A stretch of 64,000 nucleotides of DNA from Bacteroidales bacterium (GTDB lineage Bacteria > Bacteroidota > Bacteroidia > Bacteroidales > VadinHA17), in contig JAIPBU010000001.1 in the NCBI GenBank assembly GCA_021738535.1, positions 70,220 through 134,219 of the forward strand, written 5' to 3'. The notes beneath the pieces were generated by a model. The model saw only the letters and a list, made by a program, of their open reading frames with translations. It was not told where the DNA came from and searched no databases. How positions within the stretch are numbered: the stretch's first letter is position 1; each line of letters opens with the position of its first letter. This document shows, piece after piece, positions 38,866 to 49,280 of this stretch. The position numbers and the translations under genes are program-made.

Positions 38866-40536
38866 TTACCGGAACAGCTCCGTCATAGGCTCACCGGAAC
38901 AGGCGTTCGGGAATGGTACTTTACACAGGGCCGACAGGGTTACGGCCACTTCATTCATTTTAACTTTCCTTGTAATACTTGACCTGTTAACCTTCCACCC
39001 GTACCATATAAGAGGCACATGTGAATCATATTCGTAATCTGAATTATGATTTGTTATCCACTTACCATTCTCAACCCAGGCAGGCTTCAGATTAATTATA
39101 ATGTCGCCACTTCGTACCGGGTCAAAACTGTTCCTCATTCTGGAGAAATGGCCCCTGGTAAATTCGTTATTCGCCAGTACACTTGCTGCCACAGCAGTGG
39201 AAATACCGTTGAATTGTGTAAGGAAACGGGCGGCAGTCATTTGGACTTCAGCAAGGTCAAGACCTGAATCCTCAATAAGTGTATGGTTAAGGTATACCTG
39301 CTTCTCGTAGTAGCCTTTCACCCAATCTCCCTGTCCGTATATCACATTGAGATAGCTTCTTAGCAGGGCTGTTGCCTGGTTGTGCCTGAAATATCCCGCC
39401 GGGATCTTTTTCTCTTTCAGCACAGCAGGTATCTCTGCAAGCCCATGAGCTGATGTCAGGTAAACCAGGACATTCTTTTTGCCAATCATTTCATTTATGT
39501 ATGAAATGAAATGCTCCAGTTCTGCATCCAGTCTCAGTATGGCATCGGCCATTTCAAGTGATGATGGCCCGAACCTATGCCCTATCTCATCCGTGGCAGA
39601 AAAGGTAATATTAAGGAAGTCCGTTATATCATCCTCACCCAGGCCTTCCTCTTCTATCAGTCTGATCGCCAGGTCAGAGGTATAGGTATCTGCTGCAGGC
39701 ACCTTACGCAATAAGGAATAATCCTTTTTCTTATTTAATATCCCCAGTAAAGCCGTTGTACTTAATTTCTTCAGGTCATAGGGAAAAACCGATTGCCCTT
39801 CAATACCTTCCTCATATTCACTGCTGTCAGGCAGGCACAAAGTATAACTGTTTCTGTCATGCATGGTATTCCATTCTCCGTCAAGATAAGTATCAGGAAG
39901 CCTCATGCCATTAAACTCGTTCATCCATCCGGGCAGAGAGTCAATATAATGGGTACTCGACATCCATGAACCGCTTACGTCATCATACCAGTAGGCAGCA
40001 TCAGCCGAATGCCCGGCGGATAGTATGGCCGTATGTTCTTTCATCCCTATGCCATATACTTTTGCTTCTCCCCCCGTTCCCTGCTTAAGCTCATCGGCAA
40101 ATGAACTTGGAAGCATACTGGCCGGAGAATGCAGGCCGCGTTCAAAACTGCCGCCTACGGGATTAACCGTGTTATCAGAAGTGCAATAAATAATTTCTTC
40201 TCTCAGGGGAACGTACCAGTTATCTGCCACAATACCATGATGCCTCGGTACTGTTCCTGTTGATAGCGTAGCATGGGCTGGTGCCGACTGTGTAAGAAAG
40301 AAATCGTAAGAAGCATTTTTGCAAAAGGTACCTTCATTTATCAGTTTCCTGAAGCCCCCGCTTCCCAGTTTGTCCCAATACTTGTCTATATAATCATACC
40401 TGAACTGCTCAATAACTATTCCTATTACCAGCTTGGGCTCATCAGGCGGGATGTATGCATTCTGGGCGCTGACGGAACCAGATAATAAAACTGATGCTAA
40501 AAGAGGCAGTAAAAAAGGTATTTTCATTCTTTTCAA
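38866..40536 (-). CDS. Alkaline-phosphatase-superfamily protein (nucleotide pyrophosphatase/phosphodiesterase type)
   Basis: 556 aa with a signal peptide. It has APAHATLSTGT (nucleophile region), SATDEIGHRFGP and SAHG metal-ligand-like blocks. Confidence 0.75.
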   Translation of the reverse strand: MKRMKIPFLLPLLASVLLSGSVSAQNAYIPPDEPKLVIGIVIEQFRYDYIDKYWDKLGSGGFRKLINEGTFCKNASYDFFLTQSAPAHATLSTGTVPRHHGIVADNWYVPLREEIIYCTSDNTVNPVGGSFERGLHSPASMLPSSFADELKQGTGGEAKVYGIGMKEHTAILSAGHSADAAYWYDDVSGSWMSSTHYIDSLPGWMNEFNGMRLPDTYLDGEWNTMHDRNSYTLCLPDSSEYEEGIEGQSVFPYDLKKLSTTALLGILNKKKDYSLLRKVPAADTYTSDLAIRLIEEEGLGEDDITDFLNITFSATDEIGHRFGPSSLEMADAILRLDAELEHFISYINEMIGKKNVLVYLTSAHGLAEIPAVLKEKKIPAGYFRHNQATALLRSYLNVIYGQGDWVKGYYEKQVYLNHTLIEDSGLDLAEVQMTAARFLTQFNGISTAVAASVLANNEFTRGHFSRMRNSFDPVRSGDIIINLKPAWVENGKWITNHNSDYEYDSHVPLIWYGWKVNRSSITRKVKMNEVAVTLSALCKVPFPNACSGEPMTELFR

Positions 40537-40648
40537 AATTTTACGGGCACATTCCTTTGCAGGCTCCCGGTTCAGGAATAATTGGCAAAATTAATTGTTT
40601 TAAGATTTCATACAAGGGTAAAAACCGGCTATGGATAAACAGATGTAA

Positions 40649-42349
40649 TCAGTTTTTAACAAATGATGCGTGATGCTGCCGTCCCTGCATGTCAGTTAAG
40701 CGGATAATGTAATAACCCGGTGCAAGATGAGAAACAGGAATAAAAATATCATCACTGCCGCTTGCAATGTTATGCAGCTCTGTTTCCTTATTTCCCATAT
40801 GATCAAAGATTGCAATATTCACTGTCTGCCCGGTAATTGTCCCGGGATCAATAAATATATGATCACCGGCAGGTATGGGATAAATTTTAAGAACTTCCTC
40901 AGGTAGCCGGGGTACCTGGGTAGCTGAGTCGCTTAGCCTGACAGTGATAAAGCGCTGTTGAGCACTTTCAAGGGTAATTCCACTTACTGTTACCGGGTAG
41001 TAGCCCTCAGCAGTAAAGCTAAGGTCCCATGTTCCGGGATCGAGCATCCTTATAAAACTGCCGGAGAGAGTATCAGAATAAACTTGTGAACTGTCTTTAT
41101 CATGACCGCCAATAAAAACTTTCGCTCTCACAGGCTCTCCTGTATCATCATCAATCACCTTTCCATGGATACCATAAAATGCATTTTCAAGATAACCAAG
41201 AAATGACCTGTAGTTATAATTCCAGAGCAGAGGCAACCGGGCGGCAGGTGTCTCTTTTGTTATATCCAGCTCTATGGTTACTTCCCTACCCTGCAGCGCA
41301 TAAGTAACAAAATCCTGTCTTCCTCCATATATAACATACCATACCGCTCCCCTGACAACACCATCATTATATGAATCCATATAAGTTTCAACGCTGTGGT
41401 TATGGACAGTATCTGCATATTTCCGGCTTATGTTATAGAACCATACACTGTCGGCAGGAATCTTGCCCAACCATCTGTCCCACGGAAAATTAACCACTTC
41501 GTAGCCGCCATGAAAATTAGCCGAAAGCACGAAATTCCTTTCTCTCATAAAGCCAATCATCTCCATATTTTCATGGTCAGGCACTATAGACGGATCCATA
41601 GGGTCAGGAAAATCCCTGTTGAGATCGGTTCCGGCAGAGTTAAACCTTGTAGGATTAGTAATGGTATCTCCGCCATTGTATGTTCCATCAGGGTTGGCCA
41701 GTGGGTTGATCCATATCTCAAGGCTGTCGACCAGTTTTTCCTCCTGTCCTCCCCCCTGGTAATTTTCAAGCAGGTGTTCGGCAAAACGCAGCATGAGAAC
41801 ATAACCCTGCAACTCATCCCCGTGCATGGTTGATGTGTAAAAGACTTCGGGTTCATCCTCATCCTCACCCACATTATCAGAGATTTTCAGAGCCAGTATA
41901 AGCCTGCCCTCCAGGCTATAGCCTATTGTGTCAATCATGCATAATTCCGGGTAATCACCGGCCAGTTTGTGCATGATAGTGTCATATTGAGGGTAAGTGG
42001 GATAAAGATCCCAGTTCATTGCTTCCTGCACTGACAAGGCCGACTCAACCGACTTAGTTTCATCCGGTATGATAAGTTTATACTTAATCCCCAGTGACAG
42101 GAAGGTGTCGACATCTTTTGAAGAAAGAACGGCAAATACCCTGTCGTCAACCACCGATGATATTGAAATTAACCGGCCAATTCCGGTAAGCCCGGAATAA
42201 CCGGGGTATGCAAATGTCACTTCGGCCTGGCCGTATTTTTCAATTATTTCTGCCAGCGCTTCACTCTGATCTTCCTGCTGGCCGTACAGGACAGGAGACA
42301 GCACAAGAAAGATCAGCACCGGGATATTTTTTAATAGGGCCATATACAA
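40649..42349 (-). CDS. M14-family zinc carboxypeptidase with CarboxypepD_reg-like domain and T9SS C-terminal sorting domain
   Basis: 566 aa with the zinc motif MHGDELQG, a regulatory-like beta-sandwich (GKVIDDDTGEPVRAKVF) and a C-terminal KIYPIPAGDHIFI...GYYIIRLTD...FVKN tail. Confidence 0.85.
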   Translation of the reverse strand: MYMALLKNIPVLIFLVLSPVLYGQQEDQSEALAEIIEKYGQAEVTFAYPGYSGLTGIGRLISISSVVDDRVFAVLSSKDVDTFLSLGIKYKLIIPDETKSVESALSVQEAMNWDLYPTYPQYDTIMHKLAGDYPELCMIDTIGYSLEGRLILALKISDNVGEDEDEPEVFYTSTMHGDELQGYVLMLRFAEHLLENYQGGGQEEKLVDSLEIWINPLANPDGTYNGGDTITNPTRFNSAGTDLNRDFPDPMDPSIVPDHENMEMIGFMRERNFVLSANFHGGYEVVNFPWDRWLGKIPADSVWFYNISRKYADTVHNHSVETYMDSYNDGVVRGAVWYVIYGGRQDFVTYALQGREVTIELDITKETPAARLPLLWNYNYRSFLGYLENAFYGIHGKVIDDDTGEPVRAKVFIGGHDKDSSQVYSDTLSGSFIRMLDPGTWDLSFTAEGYYPVTVSGITLESAQQRFITVRLSDSATQVPRLPEEVLKIYPIPAGDHIFIDPGTITGQTVNIAIFDHMGNKETELHNIASGSDDIFIPVSHLAPGYYIIRLTDMQGRQHHASFVKN

Positions 42350-42351
42350 AT

Positions 42352-43449
42352 TTACACATTGAATCTGATATGCAATATATCTCCATCTTCCACTATATAG
42401 TTTTTCCCTTCGACAAAAAACCTGCCGGCATCCTTGCAGGCCTGTTCTGAGCCAAGGCTGATAAAATCATCATATTTCATCACCTCTGCCCTTATAAAGC
42501 CTCTCTCCATGTCTGAATGTATCACCCCTGAGGCTTTTGGTGCACTCATCCCCTTCCTGATGGTCCATGCCCTGATCTCTTTAGGGCCAACCGTAAAGAA
42601 GGTCTGCAGGTTTAGCTTTTTATATGTACTTCTTATCAGCTTATTCACACCCGGTTCAGTAAGACCCACATCTTCAAGGAACTCACGCCTGTCATTATCA
42701 TCGTCCAGTTCAGATATTTCAGCTTCCAGCGCACCTGCAATGACTAGAATTTCGGCATCGCTCCCTGAAAGCTGTACCTTTACTTTTTCAACCCACGGGT
42801 TACCACCAGCGGCAGAATCTTCATCGACATTACATACATATATTACCGGCTTAACGGTCAAAAGGAAAAGATCATCAATATACTTTTCATCTCCGGGTTT
42901 GAAACTGTAATCCCTTGCGTTGTGCATTCCTTCAATATGTTCAGCAAGCCTGCCCAGCACCTCAATGCCCTTCTTTGCATCAGCATCACCTGATTTAGCT
43001 ATTTTTTCAAGTCTTTCAATTTTTTTCTGCACTGATTCAAGATCCTGTACCTGCAGTTCAAAATCTATATTCTCGAGGTCACGAAGAGGATCTACAGAGC
43101 CATCAATATGCGGAAGGTTTTCATCCTCGAAGCAACGCAATACGTGGATAAGCGCATCCATATTCCTGATATCACCCAGGAATTTATTGCCAACACCTTC
43201 TCCCTTACTCGATCCCCTGGCCAGCCCGGGAATATCAACAAACTCCACCGTTGTAGGTATTACCTTTTCAGCAGGCTGAAGCTTCTCAAGTTCCTCCAGC
43301 CTTGGATCCGGGACCCTGGCCGATCCAATGTTGGACCGTGAGGCACTGAAAGCATAAGCACTTGTCTCAACTTTAGTATCAGACATACAGTTAAAGATGC
43401 TGCTTTTACCAACATTAGTGATCCCTATAATACCACATTTTAATGACAT
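42352..43449 (-). CDS. ychF: Redox-regulated ribosome-binding ATPase YchF
   Basis: 365 aa with the P-loop GIIGITNVGKSSIFN and a C-terminal TGS-like FIRAEV region. Confidence 0.93.
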   Translation of the reverse strand: MSLKCGIIGITNVGKSSIFNCMSDTKVETSAYAFSASRSNIGSARVPDPRLEELEKLQPAEKVIPTTVEFVDIPGLARGSSKGEGVGNKFLGDIRNMDALIHVLRCFEDENLPHIDGSVDPLRDLENIDFELQVQDLESVQKKIERLEKIAKSGDADAKKGIEVLGRLAEHIEGMHNARDYSFKPGDEKYIDDLFLLTVKPVIYVCNVDEDSAAGGNPWVEKVKVQLSGSDAEILVIAGALEAEISELDDDNDRREFLEDVGLTEPGVNKLIRSTYKKLNLQTFFTVGPKEIRAWTIRKGMSAPKASGVIHSDMERGFIRAEVMKYDDFISLGSEQACKDAGRFFVEGKNYIVEDGDILHIRFNV

Positions 43450-43625
43450 AACTATTTTCTATGGTTAATTCAGGGTGCAAATTTATCAAAAAGAGATTTA
43501 AGAGTTCTATATTTATCTTTATACTTACAAATATTATTTGTGTAAATTTGATAACACCTTATACAGACAGCTAAACAGTATGAAAATGTTGCTTGCTGCC
43601 TTGATTAAAATTAACCGGTCGAGTC

Positions 43626-44177
43626 TTGAAAGAAAAAATTACAGAAAGGATCAAGAGACTGTTCAAGCCTGCTCTCATGCTTGCAGCTGCAATGATAGCT
43701 TTTGCCATAATTTCTTATTCCGTATTGCGAATACTTTTCCCCGATGACAACACATTAAGCGAACAGAATGACACAGAGCTTCTTTATGAAATAGATGAAG
43801 CTGAGAAAGCAGCGTTTTTTACCCGCCAGCTGGATATTAGCCCTGAGGAAGCGAAACTTTTCTGGCCTGTATATAATGAATTTACGGATAAGAGGGATAA
43901 GATAGTGCAGGAAAAAAACGAGCTGACAAAAAAGGCAGCCACAAATTTCAGGGATATGACCGATAAGGAACTGGAGGAATACGGTGACAGGCTTATTGAG
44001 CTTGATCTGCGGGAAGCGAAATTAAAGTCTGAATACCACGCTAAATTCAAGGAAGTACTTCCGGCCGGCAAGGTAGTAAGACTGTATTATGCTGAGAGGA
44101 GGTTTAAAACATACCTTCTGAATAAACTTAGAAGTCGCCGGCAGAACATGCCTGCAGCAGGTGGCAGGAGGTTCTGA
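43626..44177 (+). CDS. Hypothetical membrane-anchored helical protein (Spy/CpxP-like composition)
   Basis: 183 aa with a TTG start. It has one N-terminal TM helix followed by charged helical repeats (FWPVYNEF..., EYHAKFKEVL...). The function is not assignable. Confidence 0.55.
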   Translation: MKEKITERIKRLFKPALMLAAAMIAFAIISYSVLRILFPDDNTLSEQNDTELLYEIDEAEKAAFFTRQLDISPEEAKLFWPVYNEFTDKRDKIVQEKNELTKKAATNFRDMTDKELEEYGDRLIELDLREAKLKSEYHAKFKEVLPAGKVVRLYYAERRFKTYLLNKLRSRRQNMPAAGGRRF

Positions 44178-44184
44178 GATTATA

Positions 44185-45681
44185 CTATACAGGGAATGTG
44201 TGTTTTTTAATAAACCTGACCGCTTTTTCAATCTCGGTATACAGGACCCTGTCATTTTCCACAAATGGTATTTCTTTCCTTAATGAAGAAATAATATTTT
44301 CGATATAATCAGATGACCGTAGTGGCCTTCTGAATTCGAGGGCCTGGCTGGCGCTGAGCAGTTCCACTGCCAGTATTCTTTCCAGGTTATCCACCATTCT
44401 GATTAAACGTGTTGCTGCATTGGCTCCCATGCTGACATGATCTTCCTGCTCATTGGAAGAAGGTATTGAATCCACTGAAGCAGGGGTTGCCAGTTGCTTG
44501 TTCTGGCTTACAATGGAGGCCGAAGTATACTGTGGTATCATAAATCCGCTGTTGAGTCCGGGGTTGGCAACCAGGAACTCGGGCAGGTTTCTTTGCCCTG
44601 AGATAAGCCTGTACACCCTTCTTTCTGAAATACTGCCCAGCTCAGCCAGTGCCAGTGCCATATAATCATATACCAGTGCAAGGGGCTGGCCGTGAAAGTT
44701 TCCACCTGATATTACCATATCTTTGTCGGGAAAGACGGTAGGATTATCGGTAACTGAATTTATTTCAGTCATCAGTCTTTCAGCTACATGGTCAACAGCC
44801 TGGTAGCTTGCTCCGTGTACCTGCGGGATACACCTGAATGAATACGGGTCCTGTACATGCTTTTTTGGCCTGCCAATTATCTGGCTGCCCTTAAGTATTT
44901 TCCTTATGAATGCAGCAACATGCTCCTGCCCCTTATGAGGCCGTATTTGATGCAACTCTTCCATAAAGGGTTCAAGACGTCCATCGAATGCTTCGAGCGA
45001 CATTGCTGCCACCACATCAGCAACCCTGAGGAGGTGTCTTGTTCTCTGCAGAACATAAAAGCCGTGAGCACTCATAAACTGGGTGCCATTAAGCAGAGCA
45101 AGACCTTCCTTTGACTGTAATTCAATATCGGGCCATCCCATCTTTTCATTTATAGTTGAGGATGGATATTTTTTGTTATTATACCTTACCTCTCCCAGCC
45201 CGATAAGTGGCAATACAAGGTGAGCCAGGGGGGCCAGGTCGCCCGAAGCGCCAAGTGAACCCTGCTCAAAGATAACGGGGTATACTCCTTTATTATACAT
45301 GTCAGCAAGTCGCTGTACCGTTTGCAACTGGACTCCTGATTTTCCAAAACTGAGGGCATGTATTTTAAAAAGCAACATCAGTTTAACAATATCATCCCTT
45401 ACTTCATCTCCCGTACCACATGCATGCGACATTACAAGGTTTTTCTGCAACTGGTTTAACTGGTCTGCACTTATCATGCGATCATGTAAAGCCCCAAAGC
45501 CTGTTGTGACACCATAAACCGGCCTCTGCTCAGCTCCTATCATCCTGTCCAGGTAGTCCCTGCATTTATTAATCAGTTCAACAGACCCCGGTCCCAGTGA
45601 TATGTTACAGTCACCTGCCAGAATGTTGTTTAACTGTTCTTCCGATAAATAGTCCGGGCTTATGGTATATTCCTTGTTCAT
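44185..45681 (-). CDS. hutH: Histidine ammonia-lyase
   Basis: 498 aa with the MIO-forming GASGDLAPLAH motif. The selectivity dipeptide in LVMSHACG is Ser-His, which is HAL-type rather than TAL or PAL. The start lies 2 nt after the hisS stop. Confidence 0.88.
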   Translation of the reverse strand: MNKEYTISPDYLSEEQLNNILAGDCNISLGPGSVELINKCRDYLDRMIGAEQRPVYGVTTGFGALHDRMISADQLNQLQKNLVMSHACGTGDEVRDDIVKLMLLFKIHALSFGKSGVQLQTVQRLADMYNKGVYPVIFEQGSLGASGDLAPLAHLVLPLIGLGEVRYNNKKYPSSTINEKMGWPDIELQSKEGLALLNGTQFMSAHGFYVLQRTRHLLRVADVVAAMSLEAFDGRLEPFMEELHQIRPHKGQEHVAAFIRKILKGSQIIGRPKKHVQDPYSFRCIPQVHGASYQAVDHVAERLMTEINSVTDNPTVFPDKDMVISGGNFHGQPLALVYDYMALALAELGSISERRVYRLISGQRNLPEFLVANPGLNSGFMIPQYTSASIVSQNKQLATPASVDSIPSSNEQEDHVSMGANAATRLIRMVDNLERILAVELLSASQALEFRRPLRSSDYIENIISSLRKEIPFVENDRVLYTEIEKAVRFIKKHTFPV

Positions 45682-45683
45682 AA

Positions 45684-47060
45684 TCAGATACCGGTATTTT
45701 CGCTAATAAAGCCTGCAAGTTTATCCCTGCCTATTAAATCCTGCTTACCTGTGTCCATATTCTTCACAGTAAGCTTATCCTCTTTTATTTCGTTCTCCCC
45801 GGCCATAATAACCCATGGTATATTGCGTGAATTGGCATAACTCATCTGTTTTTTGATTTTGACCGCTGAAGGGAATAATTCAGATGATATGCCTTCAGAC
45901 CTGAGCTTATTGAGAACAGGGATACAATATTCTTCCTCTTCTTTACCAAAGTTGATAAACAGCACCTTTGTTCCATACTCTGCATAATCCGGGAACAGAT
46001 CGAGTTTATTCATTACGTCATAGATCCTGTCTGCTCCAAAGGAGACACCCACACCTGATACGCCGGGCATACCGAAGATACCTGTAAGGTCATCATAACG
46101 CCCCCCACCGCAAATACTGCCTATTTCTGTATCCAGTGCCTTTACTTCAATTATGGCCCCGGTATAATAATCCAGGCCCCTGGCAAGAGTAATATCAAAA
46201 TCTATCTCCGAACCACAATTATCATTCTCCAGGTATTCAAATATGCTACGAATCTCTCTTATTCCGGCAGGTCCTGTTTTTGTTCCTGACAATATTTTTT
46301 CCAGTTCATCCAGCTTTTCAGCGGGATTACCCCGGAGGAAGAGTATGGGCTGTAAATCATTGACAGACTGTTCTGAAAGCCCTTTTTCATATAGCTCACT
46401 CCTTACTTTATCAATACCTATCTTCTCCAGCTTGTCAATTGCAATGGTAATATCCGTTATCTTATCCTTCTCTCCTATTTTTTCAGCGATACCTGTCAGT
46501 ATCTTCCTGTTGTTCAACAATATCTTTGTCCTGATCGACAAGCCTGAAAAAACCTCGTCTATAATTTTGATTAGCTCATACTCATTAAAGAGTGAGTTAT
46601 CCCCAACAACATCCACATCGCACTGGTAAAATTCCCTGTACCTTCCTTTTTGCGGTTTATCAGCCCTCCACACAGGCTGTACCTGGTATCTTTTAAAAGG
46701 AAAACTTATTTCATTCCTGTGCTGTACAACGTACCTGGCAAAAGGAACGGTAAGGTCATACCTTAAGCCTTTTTCACAGATACCTGATGCTAATTCAGCG
46801 GGGCTTTTACTTAGCAGATCTTCATTTTCAAGCCCGGATCTGAAGTCACCCGAATTCAGAATCTTGAATAACAACCTGTCGCCTTCCTCTCCATACTTAC
46901 CTGTCAGGGTAGAGAGATTTTCCATTGCAGGTGTTTCGAGCGGACTGTACCCATAGAGCCTGAAAACCGAACGTATAGTATTAAAGATATAATTCCTCCT
47001 GACCATTTCAGAAGGACCAAAGTCTCTTGTTCCTTTAGGTATACCCGGGCCTTTTGCCAT
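45684..47060 (-). CDS. hisS: Histidine--tRNA ligase
   Basis: 458 aa with class II aaRS motifs ([22 protein letters not shown]) and a C-terminal anticodon-binding domain. Confidence 0.95.
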   Translation of the reverse strand: MAKGPGIPKGTRDFGPSEMVRRNYIFNTIRSVFRLYGYSPLETPAMENLSTLTGKYGEEGDRLLFKILNSGDFRSGLENEDLLSKSPAELASGICEKGLRYDLTVPFARYVVQHRNEISFPFKRYQVQPVWRADKPQKGRYREFYQCDVDVVGDNSLFNEYELIKIIDEVFSGLSIRTKILLNNRKILTGIAEKIGEKDKITDITIAIDKLEKIGIDKVRSELYEKGLSEQSVNDLQPILFLRGNPAEKLDELEKILSGTKTGPAGIREIRSIFEYLENDNCGSEIDFDITLARGLDYYTGAIIEVKALDTEIGSICGGGRYDDLTGIFGMPGVSGVGVSFGADRIYDVMNKLDLFPDYAEYGTKVLFINFGKEEEEYCIPVLNKLRSEGISSELFPSAVKIKKQMSYANSRNIPWVIMAGENEIKEDKLTVKNMDTGKQDLIGRDKLAGFISENTGI

Positions 47061-47120
47061 TAAACCATTGTTTTTAATTGAGCTGTAAAATTAAGAAAAA
47101 ACGCTATAAAAAGGGAGGTA

Positions 47121-47150
47121 AAACAATAAAAACCCGGGACATGCCCGGGT
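47121..47150 (-). terminator. Intrinsic terminator after the DUF4870-like gene
   Basis: Stem acccggg (47132-47138) pairs with cccgggt (47144-47150). UUUUAUUGUUU follows on the minus strand. Confidence 0.7.
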
Positions 47151-47180
47151 CAGTATTATAAGATATATTTTTATGACTGG

Positions 47181-47537
47181 CTATTGTATAAATGGTATGC
47201 AGAGGGGATACCTGTAATCTTCTCCCTGTGCTGCTTTTATACTGGCCAGTATAACAACTACGAGTTCAAATATCAATAAAGCACCAAGTAGGATGATACC
47301 AATAATAATAAACATTAATGGTATACAGACAATTGTATAAATCAGCATTGAGAGCTGAAAATTCAGAGCTGCTTTACCGTTTTTATCAACAAATGCTGAT
47401 TCATGTTTCTTGGCAGACCAACAGATCAGTGGCCCGATAATCCCTCCGAAAGGAAAGATAAAACTAAAAAAGGTACTGAGGTGACAAAACATAGCCCAGT
47501 TTCTTTCTGACTCTGATAATACTCTGATTTCATTCAT
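47181..47537 (-). CDS. DUF4870-like small membrane protein
   Basis: 118 aa with 3-4 TM helices and the pattern ERNWAMFCHLS...GPLICW..K....FVD.NGKAALNFQLS. Confidence 0.7.
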   Translation of the reverse strand: MNEIRVLSESERNWAMFCHLSTFFSFIFPFGGIIGPLICWSAKKHESAFVDKNGKAALNFQLSMLIYTIVCIPLMFIIIGIILLGALLIFELVVVILASIKAAQGEDYRYPLCIPFIQ

Positions 47538-47586
47538 ATCCTTAGTTTATTTTAAAGACGGTCAAATTAAAAAGCTGATGCATTAT

Positions 47587-48426
47587 TTAAAACCTGCCGA
47601 TTCGCCTGAGGTCATTTTTCAGCAATCCGTCAGGTCTTCGTCCTGATATTTTATGCTCACCATAAAAATACATCCTGGCATCATCAGTACCAATAAGCAT
47701 TTTAAAACAAAGTCCTCCCCTGTCAGAACCAACTTTATGCAGTATCATGGTATCCTCTGCCCTGTTCCTGATTGCTTCGTCCACTTCATCTTCCGTGACA
47801 ACACTGAGGTTCTCAGGGTAGAGCTTTTCAGCTGCACCTGGAGTTCTTAACTCAGGCTCCAGATCTTTCTCTGACACAAGTATAGTTTTGTTTATGGCAT
47901 CCGGGATAAACTTATTGTAGTATTTCAGGTACTTTTTCCCTTTCTGCGAAGGATCTTCCCTGATGTGATCAACATGGGCCTGCATAAACCTGATCACCAT
48001 ACCCAGTTTATGTGAATAATCTGTATCTTCTGCACCCTTGATAGAGAGAGGCAGAGCACATAATTCAGGCATGTACTCAATCCTGCCCACATCTTTGCCC
48101 AGGAGCAGGTTTATAAAATTATATACCATCCCGGACCTGTCCCTGTCGAATGTTGTGCCGGTAAGTACAATAAATGAAAAGGAAGGATCCCTTCTTTTTT
48201 CATTGAACTCGGAGGTACTGATAAAATCATATTCACCTGCCTCCCAGTATTCCTTCATTGCATCTTTGATCAGGCTGTTGTAACTGGAAAACATATCGTT
48301 CTCAAGTACCACAAGGGTTTTGGTATTATAAAAACTTTCCACTTCTTCAGGCTCAGGGAATGGTGCCTGTGAAAAAAGGGTTGACGGGAAAACTAAAATC
48401 AAGATAAGTAGAGATACTCTATTCAT
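47587..48426 (-). CDS. Hypothetical secreted protein
   Basis: The start is set at the ATG at 48426 (MNRVSLLILILVFPSTLFSQ, a signal peptide), 4 nt after the upstream gene's stop. I recognise no family. Confidence 0.65.
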   Translation of the reverse strand: MNRVSLLILILVFPSTLFSQAPFPEPEEVESFYNTKTLVVLENDMFSSYNSLIKDAMKEYWEAGEYDFISTSEFNEKRRDPSFSFIVLTGTTFDRDRSGMVYNFINLLLGKDVGRIEYMPELCALPLSIKGAEDTDYSHKLGMVIRFMQAHVDHIREDPSQKGKKYLKYYNKFIPDAINKTILVSEKDLEPELRTPGAAEKLYPENLSVVTEDEVDEAIRNRAEDTMILHKVGSDRGGLCFKMLIGTDDARMYFYGEHKISGRRPDGLLKNDLRRIGRF

Positions 48427-48430
48427 TTTT

Positions 48431-49150
48431 TTAATCTTTTGGTAAATATAGGGGATGTTTTTCATTGTACTTTCTCAGGAAAAGAAACTTTTGCTGTTTC
48501 TTCTTTCTCCTGCTGAGTTTCATAAACTCATCATATAATTCAGGATCCTTCATTAACAGCATTTCCACATTCTTGAGGTCAAATTCAATAACCTTGCCTG
48601 ATTCAAAGTCTATCATATACTGGACCATCTCATTCCGTGAGGCTGTTGTTGGTTGGTATGGCATATAATAAGGGCTGTAGTAAGGACTGTAATTCCTGTA
48701 ATAATATGGTGAGGTATAAGGGTCATAGTAATTATAGGGTGATCCATAGTACCTCCTGTCATATGTAGTAATATCTGCCACAAAGTGAGAGATATTACCA
48801 ACATAAGTTACACGGTTAAAATTTCCCTGTACCTGTACATAGAGAATACCATTCCGTGAGTAACCCCAGATATCTTCTTTGTTAAGCTCCTGCCTCATTC
48901 CCAATGGATCATAGAAGAAGATCTTCTCATTCTCAAAAACCTGCTTGAAGAAATCACGTGCGTTGTAGTCTGCTGAAGTAAGTATTTTTGCTTTTGATAT
49001 TGGATTATTTGCTTTAACCTGCTCAAAATTTAAAAAAATACCATCATTAAACCTGAAATCAGGAGTAAACTCAACCATCTGCCTTTCATCATCCTGGGCA
49101 GCAATGCTAAGTGATAGTGCAGCCAGTAAAGATATAATCAAAGCTCTCAT
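48431..49150 (-). CDS. Hypothetical secreted protein with a Tyr/Pro-rich low-complexity segment
   Basis: The signal peptide is MRALIISLLAALSLSIAAQ, from the ATG at 49150. Alternative ATGs lie at 49162 and 49183. The central segment is YDRRYYGSPYNYYDPYTSPYYYRNYSPYYSPYYMPYQP. I recognise no family. Confidence 0.6.
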   Translation of the reverse strand: MRALIISLLAALSLSIAAQDDERQMVEFTPDFRFNDGIFLNFEQVKANNPISKAKILTSADYNARDFFKQVFENEKIFFYDPLGMRQELNKEDIWGYSRNGILYVQVQGNFNRVTYVGNISHFVADITTYDRRYYGSPYNYYDPYTSPYYYRNYSPYYSPYYMPYQPTTASRNEMVQYMIDFESGKVIEFDLKNVEMLLMKDPELYDEFMKLSRRKKKQQKFLFLRKYNEKHPLYLPKD

Positions 49151-49280
49151 AATATCAATCATTTTGGTTCTTCCCAAAAGCATCAAAATTCATACCGTAC
49201 AAACAAATTTAAGCTTTTAGAGAAAGGTAAAAAAGAATTTTCATATCTTTACGTTTGTCAAAATAATTCCGCTCATCAAG

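Noticed and set aside
42434-43341. Plus-strand ORFs of 158, 119 and 77 aa
   Set aside because: They are antisense to ychF, which is unambiguous.
43538-43747. 69-aa Cys-containing ORF overlapping the start of the 43626 gene
   Set aside because: It is out of frame with a better-supported membrane-anchored ORF and has no recognisable features. I kept the 183-aa call, though its TTG start is uncertain.
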